Below, one piece after another: positions 17,748-26,242 of a stretch of 54,389 bases of DNA (within the stretch, counting starts at the first letter, position 1; every line of letters starts with the position of its first letter). The stretch is taken from contig CAZSMG010000003.1 of assembly GCA_964608075.1 (NCBI GenBank), forward strand, positions 1 to 54,389. The letters run 5' to 3'. A model generated the notes under the pieces. The model was not told where the DNA came from, did no database searches, and saw only the letters and a list, made by a program, of their open reading frames with translations. A program made the translations under genes and the position numbers. Source of the DNA: an uncultured Clostridium sp. GTDB lineage: Bacteria; Bacillota; Clostridia; TANB77; CAG-508.

Positions 17748-19157
17748 ATGCTATTTGCGAGTAATATATTCCTATTCTTATTTTTACCAATAGTATTATT
17801 TATATACTTTGTTCTTATGAGAACAAGAACAATGAAAAACATATTTTTATTAATAGCAAGTTTGGTGTTTTATGCATATGGAGAACCTAAGTTTGTGTTA
17901 ATAATGCTAATGTCCATATTGGTAAATTATATAATAGGATTATTGATAAATAAATTTAATAAAAAGAAAAATAAAAATATATCAAAAGTTGTATTAACAT
18001 TAGGCATATTATATAATTTATTAATTTTGTTTAAGTACAAATATCTATTATTTGTACTTAATAATTTAAATATTATATTTAAAGCAAATTTACAAATACC
18101 AGAAATTTTGCTACCAATAGGAATTTCATTTTTTACATTCCAAATATTATCATACATAATAGATGTATATAGAGAAAAAGTAAAGGTGCAAAAGAATATA
18201 TTTAATTTAGGATTATATATTGCTTTATTTCCACAATTAATAGCAGGACCTATTGTAAGATATGAAACTGTTCAAGATCAGATACAAAACAGAAAAGAAA
18301 ATGTAGAAGACTTTGCGTATGGAATACAAAGATTTATAAAAGGATTAGGTAAAAAAGTAATAATATCTAATACAATGGCTGTAATTGCAGATTATGTTTT
18401 CGCACAAACAATGGATATAGCATCTGTATCATGCGCACTTGTTTGGATAGGTGCTATAGCATATACATTTCAAATATTTTTTGATTTTTCAGGATATTCA
18501 GATATGGCTATAGGACTTGGTAAAATGTTTGGATTTACTTTTGAAGAAAACTTTAATTATCCATATATTTCAAAATCAATATCAGAATTTTGGAGAAGGT
18601 GGCATATATCTTTAGGTACATGGTTTAGAGATTATGTATATATCCCATTGGGTGGAAGTAGATGTAGTAAGAAGAGACTTATTTTTAATCTAGCTGTAGT
18701 ATGGATTTTAACTGGAGTATGGCATGGAGCAAATTGGACATTTATCATATGGGGAGTGTTATATTTTATACTAATAACAATAGAAAAATTAACTAATTTT
18801 GAGAAGAGGTTAGATAATAAATATAAAATTTTAAGAAATATATACACAATGATTTTAGTTATTTTAGGATGGGTAATATTTAGAGCAGAAAATATTGGGT
18901 ATGCAGGTCAATATATTTTAAGAATGTTTACTCCTATTAATTTATTTGATTATAAATTTGTAGAATTTGTAATTGAAAACATAGTTATTTTTATAGTTGC
19001 TATTATTTTATCAACACCATTACTTCAAAAGTTCAGCAATAAAAAAATATTCAATAATGTTGTTTTAAAAAATAGTATATTATTTATTATATTGATAATA
19101 TCAGTATCATATATAGCTAAAGGTGTATATAACCCTTTTATATACTTTAATTTTTAA
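17748..19157 (+). CDS. MBOAT family O-acyltransferase (AlgI/PatA-like), second copy
   Basis: ATG at 17748 follows AAAGGTG. Motifs: FWRRWHISLGTWFRDYVYIPLGGS, WHGANW. Polytopic. Confidence 0.85.
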   Translation: MLFASNIFLFLFLPIVLFIYFVLMRTRTMKNIFLLIASLVFYAYGEPKFVLIMLMSILVNYIIGLLINKFNKKKNKNISKVVLTLGILYNLLILFKYKYLLFVLNNLNIIFKANLQIPEILLPIGISFFTFQILSYIIDVYREKVKVQKNIFNLGLYIALFPQLIAGPIVRYETVQDQIQNRKENVEDFAYGIQRFIKGLGKKVIISNTMAVIADYVFAQTMDIASVSCALVWIGAIAYTFQIFFDFSGYSDMAIGLGKMFGFTFEENFNYPYISKSISEFWRRWHISLGTWFRDYVYIPLGGSRCSKKRLIFNLAVVWILTGVWHGANWTFIIWGVLYFILITIEKLTNFEKRLDNKYKILRNIYTMILVILGWVIFRAENIGYAGQYILRMFTPINLFDYKFVEFVIENIVIFIVAIILSTPLLQKFSNKKIFNNVVLKNSILFIILIISVSYIAKGVYNPFIYFNF

Positions 19158-19171
19158 AAAAGGTGATAAAT

Positions 19172-20386
19172 ATGAAAGAAAACAAAAGTAATATAGTAAT
19201 AATTACATTATTTATAACATATTTAATTCTTACTGGCTTTTTAACAATAAAGAATAATATTAATACTTTTAAAGAAGGTATTGATTCGCTAATTCGAAGA
19301 GAAAATTGGAATACATTAACTATTTCAGAAAAAACGAAGGAAGTAAATAATACTATAGATACAATTTTTTCAAACAAGATAGCAGGAAAATATGATTATA
19401 TAGATATATATGGATTATTCCAAAATACAATGAATAAAAAAGTAATTGAAGATGTCGAAGACAATAAAAGAGTTATAAAATTATCAAATAATAGTTTAGC
19501 CTTTATATATCCTGATATGGATATAAGTAATTGGTCTGATAAGATAACAGCTGTAAGTGATTATGCTAAAGAAAATAATATATATATGTTATATGTTGAT
19601 GCTCCATGGAGAATAGGAAAAAATGTAACTACACCATTTTATATAAAAGATAATGTTGCAAAAGTGGACAAGAAGTTTGTAACTAAATTAAAAGAAAATA
19701 AAGTAAATGTTTTAAGATTAAAAGATAAACTTAAAGGTAATGAGAAAGATTGGTTCTTTGGTACAGATCATCACTGGAACATAGAAACTGCTTTTGAAAG
19801 TTATAAAATTATAATGAAAAAAATTGATAAAAATGTTAATTTAGGTTTGAAAGAAGAATACCTAAATAACTACAAAACTACAGTATATAAAAATGTTTTC
19901 TTAGGCACATATGGAAAGAGAGTTGGAAAATATTATGGTAAACCAGATGATTTTGCATATATTTTACCAAATTTTGAAACAAAATTTGATGTTATAAATA
20001 ATATTAAATGGGATTCAGAACAAAGTCATTTAGTAGGGTCATTTGATAAAGTTTTTACTTATCCAGAGTATGTAGAGAAAAAAGAACTAGATAGAGAAAG
20101 CTCAACTTATTATACATATGCAGAAGGCGGTAAAGCTGAAGTAAAAATAACAAATTTGAAAGCATATAATGATAAAAAAGTTTTAATATTAAAAGACTCA
20201 TTTGCAGAACCAGTATATCCTTTTATATCTATCAATTTTAAAGAGACAAGAATTGTTGATACAAGAGTATTTAGAAGAATAAGATTATATACATATATTG
20301 AAAAATATAAACCAGATGTAATATTATTTATACATACACCGACAAGCTTATATGACGAAAGATTAGTAGATTTTCAGCTAAGATAA
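19172..20386 (+). CDS. DHHW family protein (AlgJ/AlgX-like extracytoplasmic acyl-transfer partner)
   Basis: ATG at 19172 follows AAGGTG. N-terminal TM anchor and a literal DHHW motif (FFGTDHHWNIETAF). Immediately downstream of the MBOAT gene. Confidence 0.75.
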   Translation: MKENKSNIVIITLFITYLILTGFLTIKNNINTFKEGIDSLIRRENWNTLTISEKTKEVNNTIDTIFSNKIAGKYDYIDIYGLFQNTMNKKVIEDVEDNKRVIKLSNNSLAFIYPDMDISNWSDKITAVSDYAKENNIYMLYVDAPWRIGKNVTTPFYIKDNVAKVDKKFVTKLKENKVNVLRLKDKLKGNEKDWFFGTDHHWNIETAFESYKIIMKKIDKNVNLGLKEEYLNNYKTTVYKNVFLGTYGKRVGKYYGKPDDFAYILPNFETKFDVINNIKWDSEQSHLVGSFDKVFTYPEYVEKKELDRESSTYYTYAEGGKAEVKITNLKAYNDKKVLILKDSFAEPVYPFISINFKETRIVDTRVFRRIRLYTYIEKYKPDVILFIHTPTSLYDERLVDFQLR

Positions 20387-20416
20387 ATTAAAGAATATAA
20401 AAAGGGGAATAATAAT

Positions 20417-21475
20417 TTGAAAAACGAAGAAAGACAATCTAATATTGAATTATTAAGAATTATATTAATAATGTTTATACTTGCTTTACATTATTTAAAT
20501 GGTACTTATGGAGGAGCATTAAATATAAAAAATATATCAAATGCAGAAAATAATTACTATATAGTAAGAATACTTGAAAGTTTATTCATTGTAGCAGTAA
20601 ATTGTTTTATACTTATAACAGGATATTTTTCATATAAGCAAACAAAAATAAAAGTAAAAAAGGTTATTGATTTATTAATAATTGTATGCTTTTATAATGT
20701 TTTGATATATATAATATCTATTATTACAAAAATTACAGCATTTAATAAAGAAACATTTCAAACTTTTTTAGCTACTTTTTATAAAGGTGGAATGTGGTTT
20801 ATTGATATATACATTATTTTATATTTGTTAATTCCATTTATAAATATTGTTATAAATAAACTTAGTAAGAAAAATATGAAAATCTTAATACTTATATTAT
20901 TTATTGCATTTTCTCTATATCCTACTTTTTTAGCAAATACAACAATAAATGATGCTGGATATGGTATTGTTAGTTTTATAATGTTGTACTTAATAGGCGC
21001 CTATATTAATAAATATAATGCTAACAATAAAAACATATTTATATATTTATTAATTTATATAATTATGGCTGGATGTACATATTATGAATCCATAAATGAT
21101 ATTTTAGTATCAGGACCATTTGATTATAATAGTATATTTAATATAATTGGTTCTGTAAGTTTATTTTTAGTATTTACAAAATTTAATTTTAAATCTAAAT
21201 TAATAAATTCAATATCTAAACACACATTATCTATTTATATAATACATGCAAATGATTTTATTATTAAATATGTGTATAGAAATTTATTAAAAACAAATTT
21301 ATTTTGGAAAAGTGACTTCTTAATATTACACTTATTAGTATCAATATGTATTATTTTTATTATATGCTTATTAATAGATATAATAAGAGAATTTGTTTTT
21401 AAAAGAACTATTAGTAAATTTATACAAAATAAAAAATTTTATAATTATGAAGTCGAATTATCAGATATTGATTAA
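20417..21475 (+). CDS. acyltransferase family 3 (AT3) integral membrane O-acyltransferase
   Basis: TTG start follows AAAGGGGA. About 10 TM helices, with N-terminal NIELLRIILIMFILALHY typical of the AT3 family. Confidence 0.7.
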   Translation: MKNEERQSNIELLRIILIMFILALHYLNGTYGGALNIKNISNAENNYYIVRILESLFIVAVNCFILITGYFSYKQTKIKVKKVIDLLIIVCFYNVLIYIISIITKITAFNKETFQTFLATFYKGGMWFIDIYIILYLLIPFINIVINKLSKKNMKILILILFIAFSLYPTFLANTTINDAGYGIVSFIMLYLIGAYINKYNANNKNIFIYLLIYIIMAGCTYYESINDILVSGPFDYNSIFNIIGSVSLFLVFTKFNFKSKLINSISKHTLSIYIIHANDFIIKYVYRNLLKTNLFWKSDFLILHLLVSICIIFIICLLIDIIREFVFKRTISKFIQNKKFYNYEVELSDID

Positions 21476-21491
21476 GATTAAAAGATTAAAA

Positions 21492-21535
21492 AAGTTATTT
21501 TAAAGAAAATATATATCTTTAAAATAACTTTTGTG
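21492..21535 (+). terminator. rho-independent terminator
   Basis: Perfect 14-bp stem AAGTTATTTTAAAG / CTTTAAAATAACTT with an 11-nt loop and a short T-rich tail. Confidence 0.6.
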
Positions 21536-21564
21536 TTGAAATAAAAAAGTATAGGTGGTATAAT
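21536..21564 (+). promoter_or_regulatory. sigma-A promoter with extended -10 (TTGAAA-17-TGgTATAAT)
   Basis: Good hexamers and a TGn motif, 27 nt upstream of the ATG at 21591. Confidence 0.6.
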
Positions 21565-21590
21565 GTAGAAAAATTTAAGGAGTAGAATTA

Positions 21591-23510
21591 ATGAGCGAAT
21601 TAGTAGCAAAAATTGAAAATAATAAATTAATAATTGAAAAGAAGAGAGCAAGACAAACGAATCAAGATATAGAAATAATCCAATTAGAACAATTAGAAAA
21701 TGATAAACATTACAAGTCTAAAGTAGTATTATCTAGTATAGAACAAGCTAATCAAATAATTTTATCAGAACAAACCTCATATACTTTTATTGATGAAAAA
21801 ATGGAAACAAGAAATATCTATATAGTAGTGTATACACAAGGAAAAAAGGTATATTATTTTTTAGGAGATATAAGAAAAGTATATAAAAAATTAGTAAAAG
21901 TCCCATTTAAAATTACTGGATTAAGTTTAAATAGTAAAAGATTTTCTATAAATATGTATGCATATGTAATTAATAAATATAATTTAAATATTACAAATAA
22001 AATGTTTGTTGTTAATGAATTTATAAAAAAAGATATAAAACTTACAGAACATATAATTAAAATGTCTAAATTCAAACTACTATTTTCTAAAAATAAATTT
22101 AATGTGAAAGTTAGTAAAAACGAGTTACTTAAAGAAGAAGTACCAATTAATAATGGATTAAAAATAGTGTTAGAAATAAATGGAGAAGAAATTGAATATA
22201 AAGTAGCAATTAAAAATAAAAAGATTCGAAACTCGAAATATTATTATACTCCAATAAAAACACAATATATAGGAGATTTTGCTTTTCATATAAGGAGATC
22301 TCTTAATGGTAAATTAGTTTTAGTAAAAAGATTAAAAGAACCAATAGAAGATACTCTTAGATTTAAATTATTAGAAAATAAATTTGTTTCTATAATTCTG
22401 TATTTTTTAGGACAAGTAGGAAAGAAACTTAGAACAAAGAATGTTAATATATATTATGAAAAATTCTGTTCAAAAATTGAAGAAGGGGCATATGATATAT
22501 ATGCTAAATGCAAAAATAGTAAAACTTCTAAAAATTACTTTATTTTAAGTAAAGATTCAGATGATTTTGAAAGAGTAAAAAATGATAAAAATGTAATAAA
22601 ACAATATTCATTTAAATATTATTGGTTAATATATAATGCTAATTATGCTATTGCTACTGAAGCACAAAGTCATTTAAATGTATTAAGATCTAATAATAGA
22701 TGGCTTAGAAAAGCAACATATAATATCAAATTTATATTTTTACAACATGGTATTACATATTTAAAATCACATTCTATGAATTCAACTTTTGTAACTGGTA
22801 AAGAAGGAGAACAAGAATATATAGTAGTTGGTAGTGAAAAAGAACAAAATATAGTATCTGATATGTTTAAAATAGATGAAGATAAAATACTTGTAACAGG
22901 TCTTCCTATATTTAGTAACTTAAAATATAAACATATTAATCAAGATTCAGATGATTTTATTACAATTATGCTAACATGGAAACCATATGAAGAATATATA
23001 TATAATTTTGAAGAATCTACTTATTATGAATATATTATAGATATATATAATATACTTTCTAAATATATAGATAAAGAGAAAATAGCAATAGTTGCTCATC
23101 CAAAAGTATACGATTTACTAGAAAGTACAGATATGAAAGATAGTATATGGCAAGGCAAAATTTCAGAGATATTAGAAAAAACAAAAATGTTAATAACAGA
23201 TTATTCTTCAGTATGTTATAATTCATTTTATCAAGGAGCAGGAGTAGTTTTTTATCAACCAGATTTAGAGATGTATCAAACATATAATGGAGAATTGATA
23301 CCAACAGATGATGAATACATAGGAAAGAGAGCATTTGATATTCAACAATTAGAAACCATAGTTAAAGAAACTATAGTAAATAAAAAGATAAATTTAAGTA
23401 AAATAAGAAATAAAGAGTTTGAAGAAAAATATTCTACAATAAATGAATTTTCTGATGGAAAAAATATAGATAGAATATATGAAAAATTAAAAGAATTAAA
23501 TATAATATAA
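21591..23510 (+). CDS. CDP-glycerol glycerophosphotransferase family protein (TagF-like) with novel N-terminal ~300 aa
   Basis: C-terminal TagF motifs: FLQHGITYLK, LTWKPY, LITDYSSVCYNSFYQGAGVVFYQPD. The N-terminal half is unrecognised. Confidence 0.75.
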   Translation: MSELVAKIENNKLIIEKKRARQTNQDIEIIQLEQLENDKHYKSKVVLSSIEQANQIILSEQTSYTFIDEKMETRNIYIVVYTQGKKVYYFLGDIRKVYKKLVKVPFKITGLSLNSKRFSINMYAYVINKYNLNITNKMFVVNEFIKKDIKLTEHIIKMSKFKLLFSKNKFNVKVSKNELLKEEVPINNGLKIVLEINGEEIEYKVAIKNKKIRNSKYYYTPIKTQYIGDFAFHIRRSLNGKLVLVKRLKEPIEDTLRFKLLENKFVSIILYFLGQVGKKLRTKNVNIYYEKFCSKIEEGAYDIYAKCKNSKTSKNYFILSKDSDDFERVKNDKNVIKQYSFKYYWLIYNANYAIATEAQSHLNVLRSNNRWLRKATYNIKFIFLQHGITYLKSHSMNSTFVTGKEGEQEYIVVGSEKEQNIVSDMFKIDEDKILVTGLPIFSNLKYKHINQDSDDFITIMLTWKPYEEYIYNFEESTYYEYIIDIYNILSKYIDKEKIAIVAHPKVYDLLESTDMKDSIWQGKISEILEKTKMLITDYSSVCYNSFYQGAGVVFYQPDLEMYQTYNGELIPTDDEYIGKRAFDIQQLETIVKETIVNKKINLSKIRNKEFEEKYSTINEFSDGKNIDRIYEKLKELNII

Positions 23511-23513
23511 ATG

Positions 23514-23547
23514 CAAAAAAATATCACTATTTAAGTGATATTTTTTT
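23514..23547 (+). terminator. rho-independent terminator
   Basis: ATATCACT-attta-AGTGATAT hairpin flanked by an A-run and T7. Confidence 0.75.
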
Positions 23548-23548
23548 G

Positions 23549-23577
23549 TTGAAATAATTAATAATAAATGATACAAT
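23549..23577 (+). promoter_or_regulatory. sigma-A promoter with extended -10 (TTGAAA-17-TGaTACAAT)
   Basis: Hexamers and spacing lie upstream of the CAP-domain gene. Confidence 0.55.
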
Positions 23578-23615
23578 GTTCACATATTTCGTATATAAAA
23601 AAGGGGGGAATTTAT

Positions 23616-25358
23616 ATGAAATTAAAAAAATTATTATTAAGTATTTTAATAGTTGCGGTATTTAGCATTATTACATCAATTACTTCAAATGCAGCAAATG
23701 AGACAATATCATTTAATGTAAATGTAGCTAATGATTATACATCAGCATATGAAGTATTAGAATTAGTAAATAAAGAAAGAAAAGCAGAAGGACTAAATGA
23801 GTTAAAAATGGACAAAGATTTATTAGATGCTGCAATGATTCGTGCAAGTGAATTAGTATTAAATTTTAGTCATACTAGACCAAATGGAACAAGTTGCTTT
23901 ACAGCAATAAATAAACCATTTAGTCATATGGGAGAAAATATAGCAGCAGGGCAATCAACATCAAAATATGTAATGCAATGTTGGATGGAATCACCAGGTC
24001 ATAAAGCAAATATTTTAACAGGAGATTTTACATCTATAGGTATTGGTTGTGTAAAATATGGAAATGTTCCATATTGGGTACAATTATTTGGAGAATCTAA
24101 TACAATAACTCCAGCTGTAAAACTTAATAATAGTAAAATAACAAGAAAAGTAGATATGTTATCTAGTGATGTACAATTATATTATAATTCTATGAAAGAG
24201 ATATTTAAAGGAGATTACAAAAACGGGTTTGAAACAACAATAGTAGTTCTTAATCCTGGATGGCAAGGAAGATGTACTACAATAGACCCAAATGATCTTA
24301 TTTTTGAAAGTTCAGATAAATCGGTATTTATTGTAGATAATAAAGGAATTTTAAAATTTAATTCAGCAGGAAAAGCATATTTAACAGCTACATTAAAGCA
24401 AAATAAAAACATAAGTGTAAAAAAAGAAATAAATGCAATAGTAAGAATGTATGAATTAAAATTAGATGATATAAAAGACCAAATATTTACAGGTAAAGAT
24501 ATTAGACCAGAAGTTACAATAAAAGATGGAGATTATACCTTAGTAAATAATAAAGACTATAAAATAACATATACAAATAATAAAAAATATGGAAAAGCAA
24601 CAGCTAAAATAGAGTTAATTGGAAGTTACTTGGGAACTGCTGAAAAAACATTTAACATAGTTCCTCCTAAAGTAACAAAACTTAAGGTTAAATCTACATC
24701 AACAAATACTATAAATTTAACTTGGAAAAAGACAAATGGAGTAACAGGTTATAAAGTATATTTATATGATTATTCAAAAGGTAAATATAAATACTATGGA
24801 AAAACAAATAAAACATCTATCAAAATTAAAAATTTAAAATCTGGTACAAAATACAAAGTAAGAGTAAGAGCATATAAAAGCGTAAATGGAACTCAGTATT
24901 TTGGAGAATATACTACAGCATTAAAAACAACAACCACTCCTAAAAAAGTGACAAATTTAAAAACTAAATCAAAATCTAAAAATAGTATAAAATTAAGTTG
25001 GAAGAAATCAAATGGATCAACAGGATATAAAGTATATGTGTATAACACTAAAACAAAAAAATATGAATACTATGGAAAAACAAGCAAAACATCTATTACA
25101 ATTAAAAAATTAAAATCAGGTAAATCATATAAAATAAAAGTTAGACCATATAAAACAATTGAAGGAAAGCAATATTTAGGAGAAAATTCTGGTGCTATAA
25201 AAGTATCTATTAAAAGCACAAGTAAAAAAGTATATATAACTCCTAAAGGAAAAAGATATCATTTAAATAAGAATTGTGGAGGAAAGAATTCATATTCTGT
25301 AAATATTAATACTGCAACGTCTTATGGACTAACTGCTTGCAAAAAATGCTCTAAATAA
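23616..25358 (+). CDS. secreted CAP/SCP (YkwD-like) domain protein with two fibronectin type III repeats and a C-terminal Cys motif
   Basis: ATG at 23616 follows AAGGGGGGA. Signal peptide is MKLKKLLLSILIVAVFSIITSITSNA. CAP motifs: SHTRPNG, GENIAAG, WMESPGHKANIL. Two ~90-aa FN3-like repeats (INLTWKK..GYKVYLY, IKLSWKK..GYKVYVY). Tail: KRYHLNKNCGG...LTACKKC. Confidence 0.75.
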   Translation: MKLKKLLLSILIVAVFSIITSITSNAANETISFNVNVANDYTSAYEVLELVNKERKAEGLNELKMDKDLLDAAMIRASELVLNFSHTRPNGTSCFTAINKPFSHMGENIAAGQSTSKYVMQCWMESPGHKANILTGDFTSIGIGCVKYGNVPYWVQLFGESNTITPAVKLNNSKITRKVDMLSSDVQLYYNSMKEIFKGDYKNGFETTIVVLNPGWQGRCTTIDPNDLIFESSDKSVFIVDNKGILKFNSAGKAYLTATLKQNKNISVKKEINAIVRMYELKLDDIKDQIFTGKDIRPEVTIKDGDYTLVNNKDYKITYTNNKKYGKATAKIELIGSYLGTAEKTFNIVPPKVTKLKVKSTSTNTINLTWKKTNGVTGYKVYLYDYSKGKYKYYGKTNKTSIKIKNLKSGTKYKVRVRAYKSVNGTQYFGEYTTALKTTTTPKKVTNLKTKSKSKNSIKLSWKKSNGSTGYKVYVYNTKTKKYEYYGKTSKTSITIKKLKSGKSYKIKVRPYKTIEGKQYLGENSGAIKVSIKSTSKKVYITPKGKRYHLNKNCGGKNSYSVNINTATSYGLTACKKCSK

Positions 25359-25390
25359 TGAAAATGTCATTTTGTGTCGAACGAAAAATA

Positions 25391-25420
25391 TTGTAAGACT
25401 ATTAACTTTAAATATATAAT
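25391..25420 (+). promoter_or_regulatory. promoter of small-peptide transcript 2 (TTGTAA-18-TATAAT)
   Basis: Hexamers lie immediately upstream of the conserved 19-nt leader. Confidence 0.5.
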
Positions 25421-25430
25421 ATTATCATTC

Positions 25431-25449
25431 TTTTCAAAGGAAATCTTTG
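25431..25449 (+). repeat. conserved 19-nt leader TTTTCAAAGGAAATCTTTG, copy 2
   Basis: Identical to 10007-10025. Confidence 0.8.
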
Positions 25450-25460
25450 TGAGTGGTGTT

Positions 25461-25565
25461 ATGAGTAATTCTGATCTAGTTTTGAAGTTAGTAGAAATGC
25501 TTCTTGAATCTGAAAAGAAACAAAAAGATAATATTAATTATCAAGAGAGCAAAAGAAAAAATTAG
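25461..25565 (+). CDS. 34-aa small peptide, candidate (possibly degenerate) type I toxin paralog (MSNSDLVLKLVEMLLESEKKQKDNINYQESKRKN)
   Basis: ATG at 25461, inside the longer track ORF 25374-25565. Leader, terminator and convergent-promoter layout match the 10044 peptide. It is less hydrophobic than peptide 1. Confidence 0.45.
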   Translation: MSNSDLVLKLVEMLLESEKKQKDNINYQESKRKN

Positions 25566-25582
25566 TACATAACTAATTAAAA

Positions 25583-25617
25583 AGAGATAGTAATTCGCAG
25601 TTACTATCTCTTTTTTT
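25583..25617. terminator. bidirectional rho-independent terminator
   Basis: Perfect 11-bp stem AGAGATAGTAA / TTACTATCTCT with a 7-nt loop. An A-run lies upstream and T7 downstream. Confidence 0.85.
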
Positions 25618-25621
25618 GATA

Positions 25622-25646
25622 TTATGATAACTCTAATCTTATTTTG
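25622..25646 (+). repeat. direct repeat of the peptide-2 translation initiation region
   Basis: TTATGATAACTCTAATCTTATTTTG versus TTATGAGTAATTCTGATCTAGTTTTG (25459-25484). 21 of 25 positions are identical with one gap. Three of the four differences would give G-U pairs in an RNA duplex. Confidence 0.7.
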
Positions 25647-25664
25647 TTATCTTAAACTACTTAT

Positions 25665-25693
25665 ATTCTACTACTTAAAACTTAAATTGTCAA
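25665..25693 (-). promoter_or_regulatory. minus-strand sigma-A promoter (TTGACA-17-TAGAAT) driving sRNA 2
   Basis: Reverse complement reads TTGACAatttaagttttaagtagTAGAAT. Confidence 0.6.
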
Positions 25694-25758
25694 ACTTATT
25701 AAGATATATTCAGTAAAAATTTACTTTTTTAATTTAATCTTTAATTTAAGAACAAATG

Positions 25759-25788
25759 TTTGACAATAAAATGAAAATATTATATAAT
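25759..25788 (+). promoter_or_regulatory. consensus sigma-A promoter (TTGACA-18-TATAAT)
   Basis: Perfect hexamers upstream of the small ORFs and the Bro-N gene. Confidence 0.65.
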
Positions 25789-25816
25789 ATGTAAAAATAA
25801 TTAAGGACGTGATAAT

Positions 25817-26011
25817 GTGAATTTAACAGAACTAAAAAAAGAAATTATAAAAAATACAATAGAAGGTTATAAAGTAAAAACTAATTTCATTTCATGTGAT
25901 TTTTTAGTGCAAATTGGAGGATTTATTATCATTGCGAAACCAATTTATTTAGAAAAAGAAGTAAGGTATGAATTTAGTTGGATACACAATTTTTATCAAA
26001 TAAAGAAGTGA
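25817..26011 (+). CDS. hypothetical small protein (64 aa)
   Basis: GTG start follows AAGGACGTG. No family recognised. Overlaps the next ORF by 34 nt in another frame. Confidence 0.4.
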   Translation: MNLTELKKEIIKNTIEGYKVKTNFISCDFLVQIGGFIIIAKPIYLEKEVRYEFSWIHNFYQIKK

Positions 26012-26202
26012 CTTACAAAGAAATAGTTATGATAAAAAATATAATTGATTTATTAAACAAAAATAAAAAGTTAGCTTTATCAAAGTTGAAAAAATGGAAA
26101 ATTGAAGAATATATAGAAGACAAAAGACAAAGAGAACTGAGAAGTGAGCAAATGTTAGAAGCATTGAAGAGTGCTTTTGTAAACAGAACAAAATCTATAT
26201 GA
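25978..26202 (+). CDS. hypothetical small protein (74 aa, charged/helical)
   Basis: TTG start 10 nt after AAGGT. No family recognised. Could be the downstream part of a frameshifted gene together with 25817-26011. Confidence 0.35.
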   Translation: MDTQFLSNKEVTYKEIVMIKNIIDLLNKNKKLALSKLKKWKIEEYIEDKRQRELRSEQMLEALKSAFVNRTKSI

Positions 26203-26242
26203 GTTTTTAAAATTGTATATATTTATAAGGAGGTACTTTTAT

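Larger units (their letters stand above)
25576..25658 (-). ncRNA. candidate antisense sRNA (antitoxin RNA 2), about 80 nt; ends approximate
   Basis: Minus-strand promoter at 25665-25693. Ends in the shared bidirectional terminator. Contains the complement of 25622-25646, which matches the start-codon region of peptide 2. Confidence 0.5.

Noticed and set aside
23603-23608. G6 tract inside the Shine-Dalgarno region of the CAP-domain gene, considered as a homopolymeric switch.
   Set aside because: Six residues is short for efficient slippage. The tract is simply a strong SD (AAGGGGGGA). Worth a glance in population data, but there is no positive evidence.
10300-25390. Calling the 15-kb segment between the two peptide/sRNA modules a mobile genomic island.
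   Set aside because: No integrase, transposase, tRNA attachment site or long direct repeats were found, and composition looks the same as the flanks by eye. It is kept only as a hypothesis of recombinational cassette exchange.
25817-26202. Calling 25817-26011 plus 25978-26202 a frameshifted pseudogene.
   Set aside because: This cannot be decided without homologs. The second ORF has a plausible TTG start with an AAGGT SD, so two coupled small genes are equally likely. They are reported as two low-confidence CDSs.
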